Source: an uncultured virus (IMG/VR IMGVR_UViG_3300021376_000011)
Lineage: Duplodnaviria > Heunggongvirae > Uroviricota > Caudoviricetes
Length of the DNA stretch: 64,000 nt
IMG/VR virus record: IMGVR_UViG_3300021376_000011
Strand: one strand, 5' to 3'
This document shows, in pieces, positions 22,630 through 32,239 of this stretch. The notes below the pieces were generated by a model. That model saw nothing but the letters and a program-made list of their open reading frames with translations, did not search any database and had not been told where the DNA came from. Every line of letters starts with the position of its first letter. The stretch's first letter is position 1. Made by a program: the position numbers and the translations under genes.

Positions 22630-25062
22630 TTACGAGCCACAACCTTCACATTCAAAAGGAGAGTCTGTTGGTCTTGATGATATGGACACCTCCACGACTT
22701 CTTCTTCTTTTTGATTATTTTGGTTATATGAAGTATTTTGTACTTCTTTAGCTTCAACTGTGGGTTTTGATGTTGAGGTGTCAATTCCTAAACCCTTTAA
22801 TGGGTCAACAGCGGCTCTGGTTCGTAAATAATACATACCCGTTTTTAAACCAAGTTTCCATCCATAAATATGTGCGGCTAAAACTTTGGCTTTGTTTGCG
22901 TTGTCAATAAATAAATTTAAAGACTGTGATTGGTCGATATAAATTGACCTGTTAGATGCCATGGTTAAGATTCTTTTTTGAGACATTTCCCAAACTGTTT
23001 TGTAAACTTCTTTTATATCGACAGGTATTTCGGGAATATTTTGAACAGAACCATTCTCTATGATTAATTTTTTCTTTAATTCATCTGACCATAATCCTCT
23101 TTCTAATAATTCATTTACAAGGTGTTTGTTTATTACTATAAACTCACCACCTAATGTTCTTCTTGAATATAAATTAGAGGTAAATGGTTCAAACGCTTCG
23201 TTGTTACCAAGAATTTGAGCTGTGGACGCTGTCGGCATGGGTGCAACTAACAAAGAGTTTCTTACACCGTGTTTAACAACATCTTTTCTTAATGATTTCC
23301 AATTCCATCTTCCACTTGTGTCCTTGTCTGTTTTACCCCATAATTCGTATTGAAATTTACCCTCAGATAAGGGGGAACCCTCGAATGAAGAATATGCACC
23401 ATTTTTAATCGCTAAATCTTTAGATGATGTAATCGCCGCGAAATAAATTGTTTCAAATATTTCCACTTGTAATTTATCCGCCTCCTCACTTTCAAAAGGT
23501 AATTTTAACATACAAAACACATCTGCCAATCCTTGTACCCCTAAACCAACTGGTCTATGTTTCATGTTTGAAAGTTTTGTTTCCTCGGTGGGATAAAAAT
23601 TTAAATCAATAACGTTGTTTAGGTTTTTTACAACTTGATACACATTATCATAAAGTAATTCATGATTAAATTCTTTATCAATAATGTATTTTGGTAATGC
23701 AATTGATGCTAAATTACAAACCGCTTGTTCTGTTGGACTTGAGTATTCAATAATCTCAGTACACAAATTAGATGATTTAATCGTGCCTAAGTTCTTTTGA
23801 TTTGACTTGTAATTAGCGGCGTCCTTATACAACATATATGGGGTTCCGGTCTCAATTTGTGCCGTTAAAATTGCGTCCATTAATTTTCTCGCTTTAACAA
23901 CTTTTCTCGCTCGACCTTCTTTCTCATATCTTTCGTACAATTGAGTGAATTCTTGAGTAAAAGAAAATGGGTCATCATAAGCGTCTGACAAACCAGGAGC
24001 TTCGTCAGGTGAAAATAGTGACCAATCTCCGTCTTCCTCAACTCTTTTCATAAAAAGATTGGGTGTCCACATTGCTAAGAATAAATCACGAGCCCTTAAT
24101 TCTTCTTTACCGTGATTTTTTCTCAAATCAATAAATTCAAAAACGTCTGCGTGCCATGGCTCGAGATAAATCGCGAAAGAGCCTTTTCTTTTACCGCCCT
24201 GATTAATCCAACGAGCAACTTCATTGTATGTTTTCATCATTGGGAGTAGACCGTCTGATTCACCACCTGTTCCTTTAATATATGAACCCTTAGCTCTAAC
24301 ATCATGAACATGTAGTCCAATACCACCAGCCCATTTTGAAATTTTAGCAACATCTTTAATTGTGTCAAATAAACCATCAATGTCATCACCTTTATTACCA
24401 ATTAAGAAACAAGAAGACATTTGTGGTCTACGAGTACCAGCATTAAAGAGTGTTGGGGTTGCGTGAGTGTAGAAATGTTGTGATAAATCATTATAAATTC
24501 TCAAAGCCATTTCTAAGTCACCATTACAAATACCAACAGCAACTCTCATGTACATATATTGAGGTCTTTCAACAATTCTTCTACCGATTTTCAAAAAGTA
24601 AGAACGTTCAAGGGTTTTAAATCCAAAATAATCAAAATCAAAATCTCTTTCTTGGATTATCGCCCCATCTAAAGATTCTTTGTTCTGAATTACAAATTGA
24701 TAAACCTCATCTGAAATTAAAGATGATTCTTTTCCTGTTCTTGGTTCAATAAAACAATAAAGTTCTTTAATACATTGAGAAAACTTTTTAGGTGTTGTTT
24801 TATGTAAGTTTGACACCGCTAATCTTCCGGCTAATTTAGCGTAATCTGAGTGTGTTGTTACCATAGACGCCGCTGTCTCAGCGGCTAATGTGTCTAGCTC
24901 GATTGTAGAGATACCATCGTAAATGCCCTGAGTAACTTTAAGAGTTACTAATGTTGGGTCAATGTATTCTAAATTTAAATCACCACAGAAATATTGTATT
25001 CTTCTGGTGATTTTGTCATATCTCATTTCTTCTAATGAGCCATCTCTCTTTTTTACTTTCAT
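22630..25062 (-). CDS. nrdA: Ribonucleotide reductase class Ia alpha subunit with ATP cone
   Basis: VKKRDG ATP cone, ATPTLFNAG, SSCFL, SNLCTEI, APMPTASTAQ, KTGMYYLR and C-terminal CEGC. Confidence 0.98.
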   Translation of the reverse strand: MKVKKRDGSLEEMRYDKITRRIQYFCGDLNLEYIDPTLVTLKVTQGIYDGISTIELDTLAAETAASMVTTHSDYAKLAGRLAVSNLHKTTPKKFSQCIKELYCFIEPRTGKESSLISDEVYQFVIQNKESLDGAIIQERDFDFDYFGFKTLERSYFLKIGRRIVERPQYMYMRVAVGICNGDLEMALRIYNDLSQHFYTHATPTLFNAGTRRPQMSSCFLIGNKGDDIDGLFDTIKDVAKISKWAGGIGLHVHDVRAKGSYIKGTGGESDGLLPMMKTYNEVARWINQGGKRKGSFAIYLEPWHADVFEFIDLRKNHGKEELRARDLFLAMWTPNLFMKRVEEDGDWSLFSPDEAPGLSDAYDDPFSFTQEFTQLYERYEKEGRARKVVKARKLMDAILTAQIETGTPYMLYKDAANYKSNQKNLGTIKSSNLCTEIIEYSSPTEQAVCNLASIALPKYIIDKEFNHELLYDNVYQVVKNLNNVIDLNFYPTEETKLSNMKHRPVGLGVQGLADVFCMLKLPFESEEADKLQVEIFETIYFAAITSSKDLAIKNGAYSSFEGSPLSEGKFQYELWGKTDKDTSGRWNWKSLRKDVVKHGVRNSLLVAPMPTASTAQILGNNEAFEPFTSNLYSRRTLGGEFIVINKHLVNELLERGLWSDELKKKLIIENGSVQNIPEIPVDIKEVYKTVWEMSQKRILTMASNRSIYIDQSQSLNLFIDNANKAKVLAAHIYGWKLGLKTGMYYLRTRAAVDPLKGLGIDTSTSKPTVEAKEVQNTSYNQNNQKEEEVVEVSISSRPTDSPFECEGCGS

Positions 25063-25069
25063 ACTCTAA

Positions 25070-26047
25070 TTAAAAATCTATATCTTCAAACGCTGTGTGC
25101 ATATCTTCAATTGACACGTTACTATTTACACCGGCTTTTTGATATTCAGCAACTCTTTTTTCAAAAAAATTAGTTTTACCTTGAAGAGCAATATTTTGCA
25201 TGAAATCAAATGGGTTTTCAACATTATAAACCTTTGAACAATTTAATGACATTAATAATCTATCGGTTACAAATTCCAAATATTGGCTCATCAAATCTGA
25301 ATTCATACCAATTAATTTTACGGGTAACGCCTCTAAAATAAATTCTTTTTCAATCTTCAACGCGCCACATATAATATCTTTAATTCTCTTCTCGCTTAAT
25401 TTATTTTCAACGTGGTGATTAAACAAATGACAAGCAAAGTCACAGTGCATTCCTTCATCTCTAGAAATAAGTTCATTTGAAAAGGTTAAACCCGGCATTA
25501 ATCCACGTTTTTTGAGCCAAAAAATAGAACAGAATGAGCCAGAAAAGAAAATACCCTCGACAGCGGCGAAAGCGATAAGTCTTTCAACAAAAGTACCCTT
25601 TTCAATGTACTTTAACGCCCATTCAGCCTTTTTCTTAACAGCGGGAATTGTGTCAATTGCATTAAATAATCTACTTTGTTCTTGTTTGTCCTTAATGTAT
25701 GTATCAATCAATAAAGAATAAGTTTCACTGTGAATATTTTCCATCATTATTTGAAATCCGTAAAACATTTTAGCTTCTGTATATTGCACCACGTTGACAA
25801 AATTCATCGCGATGTTTTCATTAACAATACCATCCGAGGCGGCGAAAAACGCTAATACATTTTTAACAAAATGTTGTTCGTCTTCGTTTAGTTTGTTTTC
25901 CCAATCATAAATGTCTTGGGCTAAATCAATCTCTTCGGCGGTCCAAAAACAAGATTCTTGTTGTTTGTAAAGTTTCCAAATATCGTGATGTTCGATAGGA
26001 AAAAGGACAAAACGTCCCGGATTTTGTTTCAAAATCTTCTCTGTCAT
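25070..26047 (-). CDS. nrdB: Ribonucleotide reductase class Ia beta subunit
   Basis: [31 protein letters not shown] and SRDEGMH di-iron/tyrosyl motifs. Confidence 0.98.
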   Translation of the reverse strand: MTEKILKQNPGRFVLFPIEHHDIWKLYKQQESCFWTAEEIDLAQDIYDWENKLNEDEQHFVKNVLAFFAASDGIVNENIAMNFVNVVQYTEAKMFYGFQIMMENIHSETYSLLIDTYIKDKQEQSRLFNAIDTIPAVKKKAEWALKYIEKGTFVERLIAFAAVEGIFFSGSFCSIFWLKKRGLMPGLTFSNELISRDEGMHCDFACHLFNHHVENKLSEKRIKDIICGALKIEKEFILEALPVKLIGMNSDLMSQYLEFVTDRLLMSLNCSKVYNVENPFDFMQNIALQGKTNFFEKRVAEYQKAGVNSNVSIEDMHTAFEDIDF

Positions 26048-26061
26048 AGTAATAATAATTA

Positions 26062-27438
26062 TTAATTTCTGTTTAAGGTTTCCTGTCTTTGCATAAAGGC
26101 CTCTTTCATTCTTTCGGAAACATTTTTTTGTTTGTCTTCCTTGTGTCCAAGGAGTGTTGTTTGAGACTCGGTATTAATAACTAACAGTCTATTGTCAAAC
26201 TTACAATTCTGCCATATAATTCCGTCACGACCAATTCTTGACTTCAGTAAAGTCATAGTTGCTAAGTTGTGTTCTTTTTGTTCTATAGTTTTACCTATTG
26301 ATAAAATTACGTGAGCAATTTGCGCTTTTTTAATTGAACCACCCATTTGGTCACTATTTACAACTTCAGATGAAATAGATTCCCTGTTACCCTGAGTCGC
26401 GGTCCAAATAACGATTCCAAATTCACTTGTCATAGCTTCCAAACTTCTCATTACGGAGCCCTCACCTTTCCACTCTTCTCCGAAATTTAATTTTTCAGGA
26501 CTGATACAATCTACGTAATCAATAACTAAAAGGTCAATTTTTTTACCTTCTGAAATTCTTTTTCTCAATCGAGATTTAATTTCGGATATTGAAACCGAAT
26601 CACTTGGTAATTTTAAAATATCCAATGTCCCTTTACTTTGAGTTTGAACTACGTTTATCTTTTCTTTAACAAAATCTTTATTTTCAGATTGTTCGTCAGG
26701 TGCGATTCCTGACCAAATTGTATAATGTTTCTTTTTGATATTATCGGGATTGTCTTCAAAAAATATTTGAAGGACATTGTACCCATATAGGTATGCAGTA
26801 TTTGCGAATAGTGATAATATAGTCGTTTTACCCGTACCGGTTGGAGCTAATACAACACCAAGCTCCCCAATACCCAATCCACCCTTTAAAGCGGTATCAA
26901 GACCCTCTATACCTGTTGGTATTGCTTGTCTATTATCTTTTTCTAAAGCGGCATCGATATTGTGAAAAACATCCATACATTCTTCAGGTGGTAATCCTAC
27001 TTGTAGTGCCTTTTGAATAATACCTTCAATCTTATGGTATTCTTGAAATTTACCATTCTCAATAATAGTGGTTACCATTTTAAGTTCCTTCTTTAAATTT
27101 TGTTGTTTACAAAAATTAAGAGCTTCTTCTCTCACCATCGGGTCATCTACTGTATTTTCTTTAATATCGTGAATTGTATCTAAATGTATTCTCGCATTTT
27201 CTTGTGAACCTATTTCAAGAATTATAGTTTGACACAAGCTCTGATAATCGGGAATTTTCCCATATTTATGATAGTATTCTTTGATATGCGAGGTGATAAA
27301 TCTAAAAGAACTATTATCAAAATATTTGCTCTCAATTACATCAATAATCTGTTCACCATACTTTTTATCCTCTACGATAGATTTAATCAACGTTTGTTGA
27401 AATGACGCTCCGAGAAAACCAAAATTTTTTTCTGACAT
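26062..27438 (-). CDS. dnaB: Replicative DNA helicase (DnaB / T4 gp41-like)
   Basis: IPTGIEGLD, Walker A APTGTGKT, Walker [23 protein letters not shown]. Confidence 0.93.
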   Translation of the reverse strand: MSEKNFGFLGASFQQTLIKSIVEDKKYGEQIIDVIESKYFDNSSFRFITSHIKEYYHKYGKIPDYQSLCQTIILEIGSQENARIHLDTIHDIKENTVDDPMVREEALNFCKQQNLKKELKMVTTIIENGKFQEYHKIEGIIQKALQVGLPPEECMDVFHNIDAALEKDNRQAIPTGIEGLDTALKGGLGIGELGVVLAPTGTGKTTILSLFANTAYLYGYNVLQIFFEDNPDNIKKKHYTIWSGIAPDEQSENKDFVKEKINVVQTQSKGTLDILKLPSDSVSISEIKSRLRKRISEGKKIDLLVIDYVDCISPEKLNFGEEWKGEGSVMRSLEAMTSEFGIVIWTATQGNRESISSEVVNSDQMGGSIKKAQIAHVILSIGKTIEQKEHNLATMTLLKSRIGRDGIIWQNCKFDNRLLVINTESQTTLLGHKEDKQKNVSERMKEAFMQRQETLNRN

Positions 27439-27452
27439 AGTTTTTTATTTTT

Positions 27453-27896
27453 TTATAATTTATAGTTTAAATAAGTTGTTTCCAAATTTTTAGATGATAA
27501 AATGTTGGTTAAATCTGACAAATATCTTTTTAAATATGGACGAATGTCTACCGTATATCTAACCTTTGGATGATATAATTTAGCGGAAAACATTCTTTGA
27601 ATAAATACATCGTCACCCATCTTAATCTCGAGCAAAAAATACTCTTTTTCATTTTGTTCATCGGTTTCTACATTGTCCAAACCACAAAAATAATCACGAT
27701 TTTCATGTAAATAATCCAATGTTTTTGTTTTCAAATCTACACCAATATTGTCACAAATATTTTTAACATAATAGTGTAAATCCATGGAACGTCTAGACTT
27801 TGGGTTATGTTCTCTTACATTGAAAAATCTCTGACAGATAATGTTTCCTTCTAATGTTAAAAGAAACTCAAACTTTGTTACTTCTTGATTACTCAT
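27453..27896 (-). CDS. Hypothetical protein in the replication operon (147 aa)
   Basis: Clean ORF overlapping the exonuclease stop. Confidence 0.7.
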   Translation of the reverse strand: MSNQEVTKFEFLLTLEGNIICQRFFNVREHNPKSRRSMDLHYYVKNICDNIGVDLKTKTLDYLHENRDYFCGLDNVETDEQNEKEYFLLEIKMGDDVFIQRMFSAKLYHPKVRYTVDIRPYLKRYLSDLTNILSSKNLETTYLNYKL

Positions 27897-28911
27897 TGTT
27901 TTTAATTTTAATTAATTTTTTATTCTTTTCTTTTCTTGTTAATCTTAAAAATGGATTTAGAAAATTTATCCATGCGTCATCCGATTTTGGAAGTAATAAA
28001 AATATACCATCTTCCATCATCATCTTCATGGTGTTTTTATATGACCGACCTTCTGGGTCAATCAAATCGTTTATTAATGAAGTTATAGATTCCTTTGCTT
28101 CATCGGTTAAAAAAGGATTATCAAGACTTACAATACGACTATTTACATCAAAAAATTCTTCACCCAATATCCCATATTTGGTAACGCCTGTCAAAAAATT
28201 CTTTACAATATGATTATCATTGTCTTCCTCAAATAAATTATTAAATCTTTCAAGAATAAATTCAACGGTAATTTCTTCAGTTTTAATCTCGGGAACTAAT
28301 GATATTAATCTCCTGACACCTAAATTTTTAATACCCGCAATGTTATCCGATGGGTCTCCACAAATTATTTTAACCAATTTTATATTCTGTATAAGAATTT
28401 GTTCATGGTCATAAACGAACATATCATTAGGTTGATATATTTTACTGTGTGATGGATTAAAAAGTTTGGTGTTTTCGGAAACTAATTGGGTCAAATCACC
28501 GTCTGAAGAAAAAATTATTTTATTTTCTTTTGGTGAGTTATGAACATAATAAGCGATTGAATCATCTGACTCACAGAATTCATATTCACCTTGCCTAACA
28601 AAAAGTTCTTCAAGGTATTGTTTTATCCTGTTTCTTTGTTTTCCATAAGAATGTAATTCTTCCTCGGACCTTATTCGGGATTTTCTATTCTCTTTGTATT
28701 GATGATAGAATCTTTTTCTCGTTATAGAACCATCTTGCCCATCCCAAAAAATAACAATCTTATCTAAGTGGTGGATTTCAATTGCTCGTCTTAAAGTGTT
28801 TATAAAATGATATATCCCACCAATATGCTCCCCCTTATAAAAGTGATTTTTTAATCCAAAAAAACCAATAGTAAGTAAATTGTCACCATCTACTAATAAT
28901 ACATTAGACAT
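27889..28911 (-). CDS. 5'-3' exonuclease / flap endonuclease (PolI N-terminal, T4 RNase H-like)
   Basis: LLVDGDNL, FWDG, YKENR, ESDDSIA, SSDGDLTQL and GDPSDNIAGIKNLG motifs. Confidence 0.93.
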   Translation of the reverse strand: MSNVLLVDGDNLLTIGFFGLKNHFYKGEHIGGIYHFINTLRRAIEIHHLDKIVIFWDGQDGSITRKRFYHQYKENRKSRIRSEEELHSYGKQRNRIKQYLEELFVRQGEYEFCESDDSIAYYVHNSPKENKIIFSSDGDLTQLVSENTKLFNPSHSKIYQPNDMFVYDHEQILIQNIKLVKIICGDPSDNIAGIKNLGVRRLISLVPEIKTEEITVEFILERFNNLFEEDNDNHIVKNFLTGVTKYGILGEEFFDVNSRIVSLDNPFLTDEAKESITSLINDLIDPEGRSYKNTMKMMMEDGIFLLLPKSDDAWINFLNPFLRLTRKEKNKKLIKIKNNE

Positions 28912-28942
28912 TAATTATCACTCTTATGGTATTAAACAAAAA

Positions 28943-29944
28943 TTAATCTTCCTCTTCTTCGTAATCGTAAGTTATTGATTCCTCTAAATTAAAGTCAATA
29001 GACCCTAATTTTTCTCTCCAAAAACTCGAATATTCTTTTTTATACAATTCTAACGCTTCTTTAGTATCAGCAATATATCCGTTATGAACAACGATAACTT
29101 TACCATCTTTGTATCCTAATCCGTTAACGTGGTTTTTAAGGATTGAAATTTTGGTTCTAACAGCATAAACAATTTTTCTACCATCTTTAGTTGCGTCGAT
29201 TTGATTAATACCTGATTTTTTCTGATTACCAAATAAAAAAATAAGTGTAGAAGCTAATTTTATGGCTTCACCACCTTTTGGTTTGATTTCAGGTTGACCC
29301 ATCGGACTGTCGGGTAATTCTACCCACGGCTGATTTACTATAACCATTGTTAGATAATATGACGAGTCTTTTGATGGATAATCTTCTTTTTTTGATTTGG
29401 TAATTCTTGAATGAATACCCATACCAATTTTATCAGATAATGCACTTGCGTTGTGTTGTTTACCACCTTTACCATCAAAGGTCATCTTACATGGTATTGA
29501 ACCAATTGAATCCCAGCAAAATAAAACGTGTCTTGGAATTTCACCCTTTTCGTGAGCATCAATGATATCGTTTATAAAATCGGTTGCTTGTTCAATGTAG
29601 TCAAATGAATCATTGAAGATAAAGTCACCCGTCCATTCACCATTCGCGTCTTTTTCAGCTTGAAAACCCAACTCAATAGCGTGTTCCCATTTCCATTTTC
29701 TTTCGGTGATAATAAGAACGGGTAAATGACCTTTCTTTTGTGCGTCAACCGCAGCTAAAATCATAGCGGTTGTTTTTGATGAGTTTGTATGTCCTAAGAA
29801 CATATTAATACCTCCCATCACGGGTCCAGGTAAACCACAAGCACTATTAAAAGCTTCACCACAATAATAAAAATTTTCATCCTTATATTTTGTTTTCGAT
29901 GAGAATTTGGATATATAATCGAATTCTTTTTTCTTAATTGCCAT
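28943..29944 (-). CDS. uvsX: RecA/UvsX-like recombinase
   Basis: P-loop-like GHTNSSKTT, WDSIGS, IVNQ, KGGEA and KNHV motifs; adjacent to SSB. Confidence 0.85.
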   Translation of the reverse strand: MAIKKKEFDYISKFSSKTKYKDENFYYCGEAFNSACGLPGPVMGGINMFLGHTNSSKTTAMILAAVDAQKKGHLPVLIITERKWKWEHAIELGFQAEKDANGEWTGDFIFNDSFDYIEQATDFINDIIDAHEKGEIPRHVLFCWDSIGSIPCKMTFDGKGGKQHNASALSDKIGMGIHSRITKSKKEDYPSKDSSYYLTMVIVNQPWVELPDSPMGQPEIKPKGGEAIKLASTLIFLFGNQKKSGINQIDATKDGRKIVYAVRTKISILKNHVNGLGYKDGKVIVVHNGYIADTKEALELYKKEYSSFWREKLGSIDFNLEESITYDYEEEED

Positions 29945-29979
29945 TGTATGTTTTGTATTATTTTTAATTAAAAAAAGAA

Positions 29980-30016
29980 GAACTTGGACACGTGATTACA
30001 ACTAGTGTCCAAGTTC
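29980..30016 (-). terminator. Stem-loop/terminator between SSB and recombinase
   Basis: 12-bp inverted repeat GAACTTGGACAC / GTGTCCAAGTTC followed by TTCTTTTTTT on the minus strand. Confidence 0.75.
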
Positions 30017-30023
30017 GTTTTAA

Positions 30024-30881
30024 TTAGAATGGTAAATCGTCATCCCCATCCATGTCTTCTTGTGGGTCAATTTGAGGAATTGATGTATTTGTTGGTGAAG
30101 ATGGTTTAGACATTTCAATTTCTTGAGTAGAATTTGAAACGTATTTACCTGTAGTGGTGTCCCATCTTGGCACTTCACCTTTAGCAATCATTTCTAAATA
30201 TTCTTCAGGTTTTTTAGAATACACATCAGACCAAATCAATTCATCATTAATCCAAGAGTCCGCAATAACTGAATCACTATGTAGTGGAGATTGGTCCTCA
30301 GGGATGATAGATGTTATGGTGGTATATTCTCTACCGTTACCCGCCTTAGTTAGGTTTAGATTAATAATTAAATCCCTTCCCGTCTGTGAGTCAGTAATGT
30401 CGCCTTTATTTCTAAAAAGTGGTGCAATTTTATCTAAAACGCCTTCACTTTTAGTGTTTCTTTTGAATCTCCAAAATTTAACACCATCTTGTTCTCTATC
30501 TCTATCAATAACTTTTACAATATAGAACATTTTAGACCTGTATTGACGAGCTAAAATTGCGTCTTGTTCGTCACCTGTCATTTTTAATCCTTCGTGTACT
30601 TCGTTCAGTGGTGAGCGTTTACCCTCTTGGTTTGGGTCATAAAGTTTAACCCAATTACCATCAACCTGTACCTCATGGAAATACACGGGAACAAATGGAC
30701 TACTACCGTCTTTGATAGGTAGGATTCTAATTCTTCTTTCACCGCTTCTTTCACCTTTTGGGAGGAGGGTGGTAAAATACTTTTTCATTCTATCCTCTTG
30801 GGATACCTTGTTTGCGTTGCCGCTTGCGACTTGTTTGTCTTTTTCGTACTGCGCCAGTACTGATTCTGTTGTTGACATCAT
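30024..30881 (-). CDS. Single-stranded DNA-binding protein (T4 gp32-like)
   Basis: RIRILP, GVKFWRF and ITDSQTGRDL motifs; acidic tail ending DDDLPF. Confidence 0.88.
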   Translation of the reverse strand: MMSTTESVLAQYEKDKQVASGNANKVSQEDRMKKYFTTLLPKGERSGERRIRILPIKDGSSPFVPVYFHEVQVDGNWVKLYDPNQEGKRSPLNEVHEGLKMTGDEQDAILARQYRSKMFYIVKVIDRDREQDGVKFWRFKRNTKSEGVLDKIAPLFRNKGDITDSQTGRDLIINLNLTKAGNGREYTTITSIIPEDQSPLHSDSVIADSWINDELIWSDVYSKKPEEYLEMIAKGEVPRWDTTTGKYVSNSTQEIEMSKPSSPTNTSIPQIDPQEDMDGDDDLPF

Positions 30882-30935
30882 ATTTTTGTTTTTTAAAAGT
30901 TAGAAAATATTTCTATGTAAAGTATAAACAAAAAA

Positions 30936-30957
30936 AGTCAGATTACAAAATCTGACT
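30936..30957. terminator. Probably bidirectional terminator ending the upstream late operon
   Basis: AGTCAGATT-ACAA-AATCTGACT flanked by an A-run on the left and a T-run on the right. Confidence 0.8.
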
Positions 30958-30989
30958 CTCTTTTTTTAAAATTTATTTTTAATGGTTAA

Positions 30990-31364
30990 TTACTCAAGAG
31001 TTAAAAGATACAGCAATTTATTCAATAAACCAAGTATCTCATCTCTTAAATTTAACAAATCTGTGTCTAACCTATCATCTAAGTCATATGAAAACTCAAT
31101 AAGGGCTTCAATACAAACTTTGACCATATCAACGGGATTAATCTCTGAAATATTTACTAAATTAATAGTTTTAGTATCCTCGTCAAGTGTAAACCTACCA
31201 TATTTACCCATAGCAATCTCAACAAATTCGTCAATAGGCTCTGTTAAAGCATCATAAGTTTTACCAAAAGCTTCGTGTCTAGCAATACCTTTTGTTTGAA
31301 AATGGTTTATTTTCATCTGTAATTGTAAACCTAACAATAAGTTTACTTTAGAACTCAAATTCAT
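30990..31364 (-). CDS. Dps/ferritin-like four-helix protein (124 aa)
   Basis: NHFQT...RHEAFGKTYDAL...IDEFVE reproduces the Dps H...H...D..E spacing. Confidence 0.7.
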   Translation of the reverse strand: MNLSSKVNLLLGLQLQMKINHFQTKGIARHEAFGKTYDALTEPIDEFVEIAMGKYGRFTLDEDTKTINLVNISEINPVDMVKVCIEALIEFSYDLDDRLDTDLLNLRDEILGLLNKLLYLLTLE

Positions 31365-31986
31365 CTTCCTCTGTTTCTGGATTAAAACTATCTCTTATTG
31401 TATCGTTTGAATAATCCTCAATATCTTGTTTTGTAAGTATGTATTCATTTTTACCTGTTTGTCGCATCTCGCCTTGTTTTTGTGCAAAAAACTCCTGAGG
31501 ATTTAAATTAAAGGGGTATGAATCCAAAGAACGTAACTCCAATTTTTCTTGGGGTGTTCTTTCTTTCATCGTTTCAACTTTACTTCCTAATTCATCAATT
31601 TTGTTTATTACGGCATCCATCTGAGATAGTTTTTGTTCTAAATCTGTTAGTTTGGTAAATACCGTTTCCATTTTATCAACAACATTTGTGTTATTAGACT
31701 TACTGTCATCCAAATCCTTTTTAATTGATTTAGTCATGTTAACTAAATCCGTAATATCTATTTCTTCAGTATCATCAGCGGGTGCTGTAGGTGCTGTAGG
31801 TGCTGTAGGTGCTGTTGGAGCTCCGGCCGGCATAGGTGCCTCTGGTGGGACATCACCAGGTGGTGGAATTGGTGAGTCCGTGGCGGGAGGTGGTACTTCA
31901 CCCTGTTCCATTAAGTTTTTTGTATATTTATTAATCGCGTTATATCTCGCGAGTTCTTCCATAAGTGATTTTTCTAATCTTTTCAT
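31348..31986 (-). CDS. Hypothetical protein with a Pro/Ala linker and coiled coil (212 aa)
   Basis: Clean ORF; heptad-like segment VVDKMETVFTKLTDLEQKLSQMDAVINKIDEL. Confidence 0.7.
   Translation of the reverse strand: MKRLEKSLMEELARYNAINKYTKNLMEQGEVPPPATDSPIPPPGDVPPEAPMPAGAPTAPTAPTAPTAPADDTEEIDITDLVNMTKSIKKDLDDSKSNNTNVVDKMETVFTKLTDLEQKLSQMDAVINKIDELGSKVETMKERTPQEKLELRSLDSYPFNLNPQEFFAQKQGEMRQTGKNEYILTKQDIEDYSNDTIRDSFNPETEEDEFEF
31781..31816. repeat. 9-bp tandem repeat GGTGCTGTA x4 (last copy imperfect) encoding (TAP)4
   Basis: Directly visible in the sequence. Confidence 0.9.
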
Positions 31987-31988
31987 AG

Positions 31989-32195
31989 TTAGTCTTGTAA
32001 AAGTTGTCTACCGTCTTCGGTTATAAATTTTTTATTTATCCTTTCTACTATACCATCTTTAGACCTGATTACATAACATTCACCGGTGTTAAGGTCACAT
32101 TCTTCTTTTTCCATTCCATCGTTTGAAATGTACTTAATTTGTTTTGGATTATCTATAAAGTTGTCCAATGTTTTATTTAATTTTTCGTTATTCAT
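31989..32195 (-). CDS. Small hypothetical protein (68 aa)
   Basis: ORF with a TATTTAT motif upstream; ECDLNTGEC motif. Confidence 0.7.
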   Translation of the reverse strand: MNNEKLNKTLDNFIDNPKQIKYISNDGMEKEECDLNTGECYVIRSKDGIVERINKKFITEDGRQLLQD

Positions 32196-32239
32196 GGTAT
32201 TTTATTTAATAAATATCTAAAAAAATTAAAAACTTTAAA

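Noticed and set aside
29980..30016. CACGTG-containing sequence as a second parS
   Set aside because: The flanks do not match parS; it is part of a terminator-like hairpin. CACGTG hits near 14813, 54231 and 59075 are also non-matching and lie in coding DNA.
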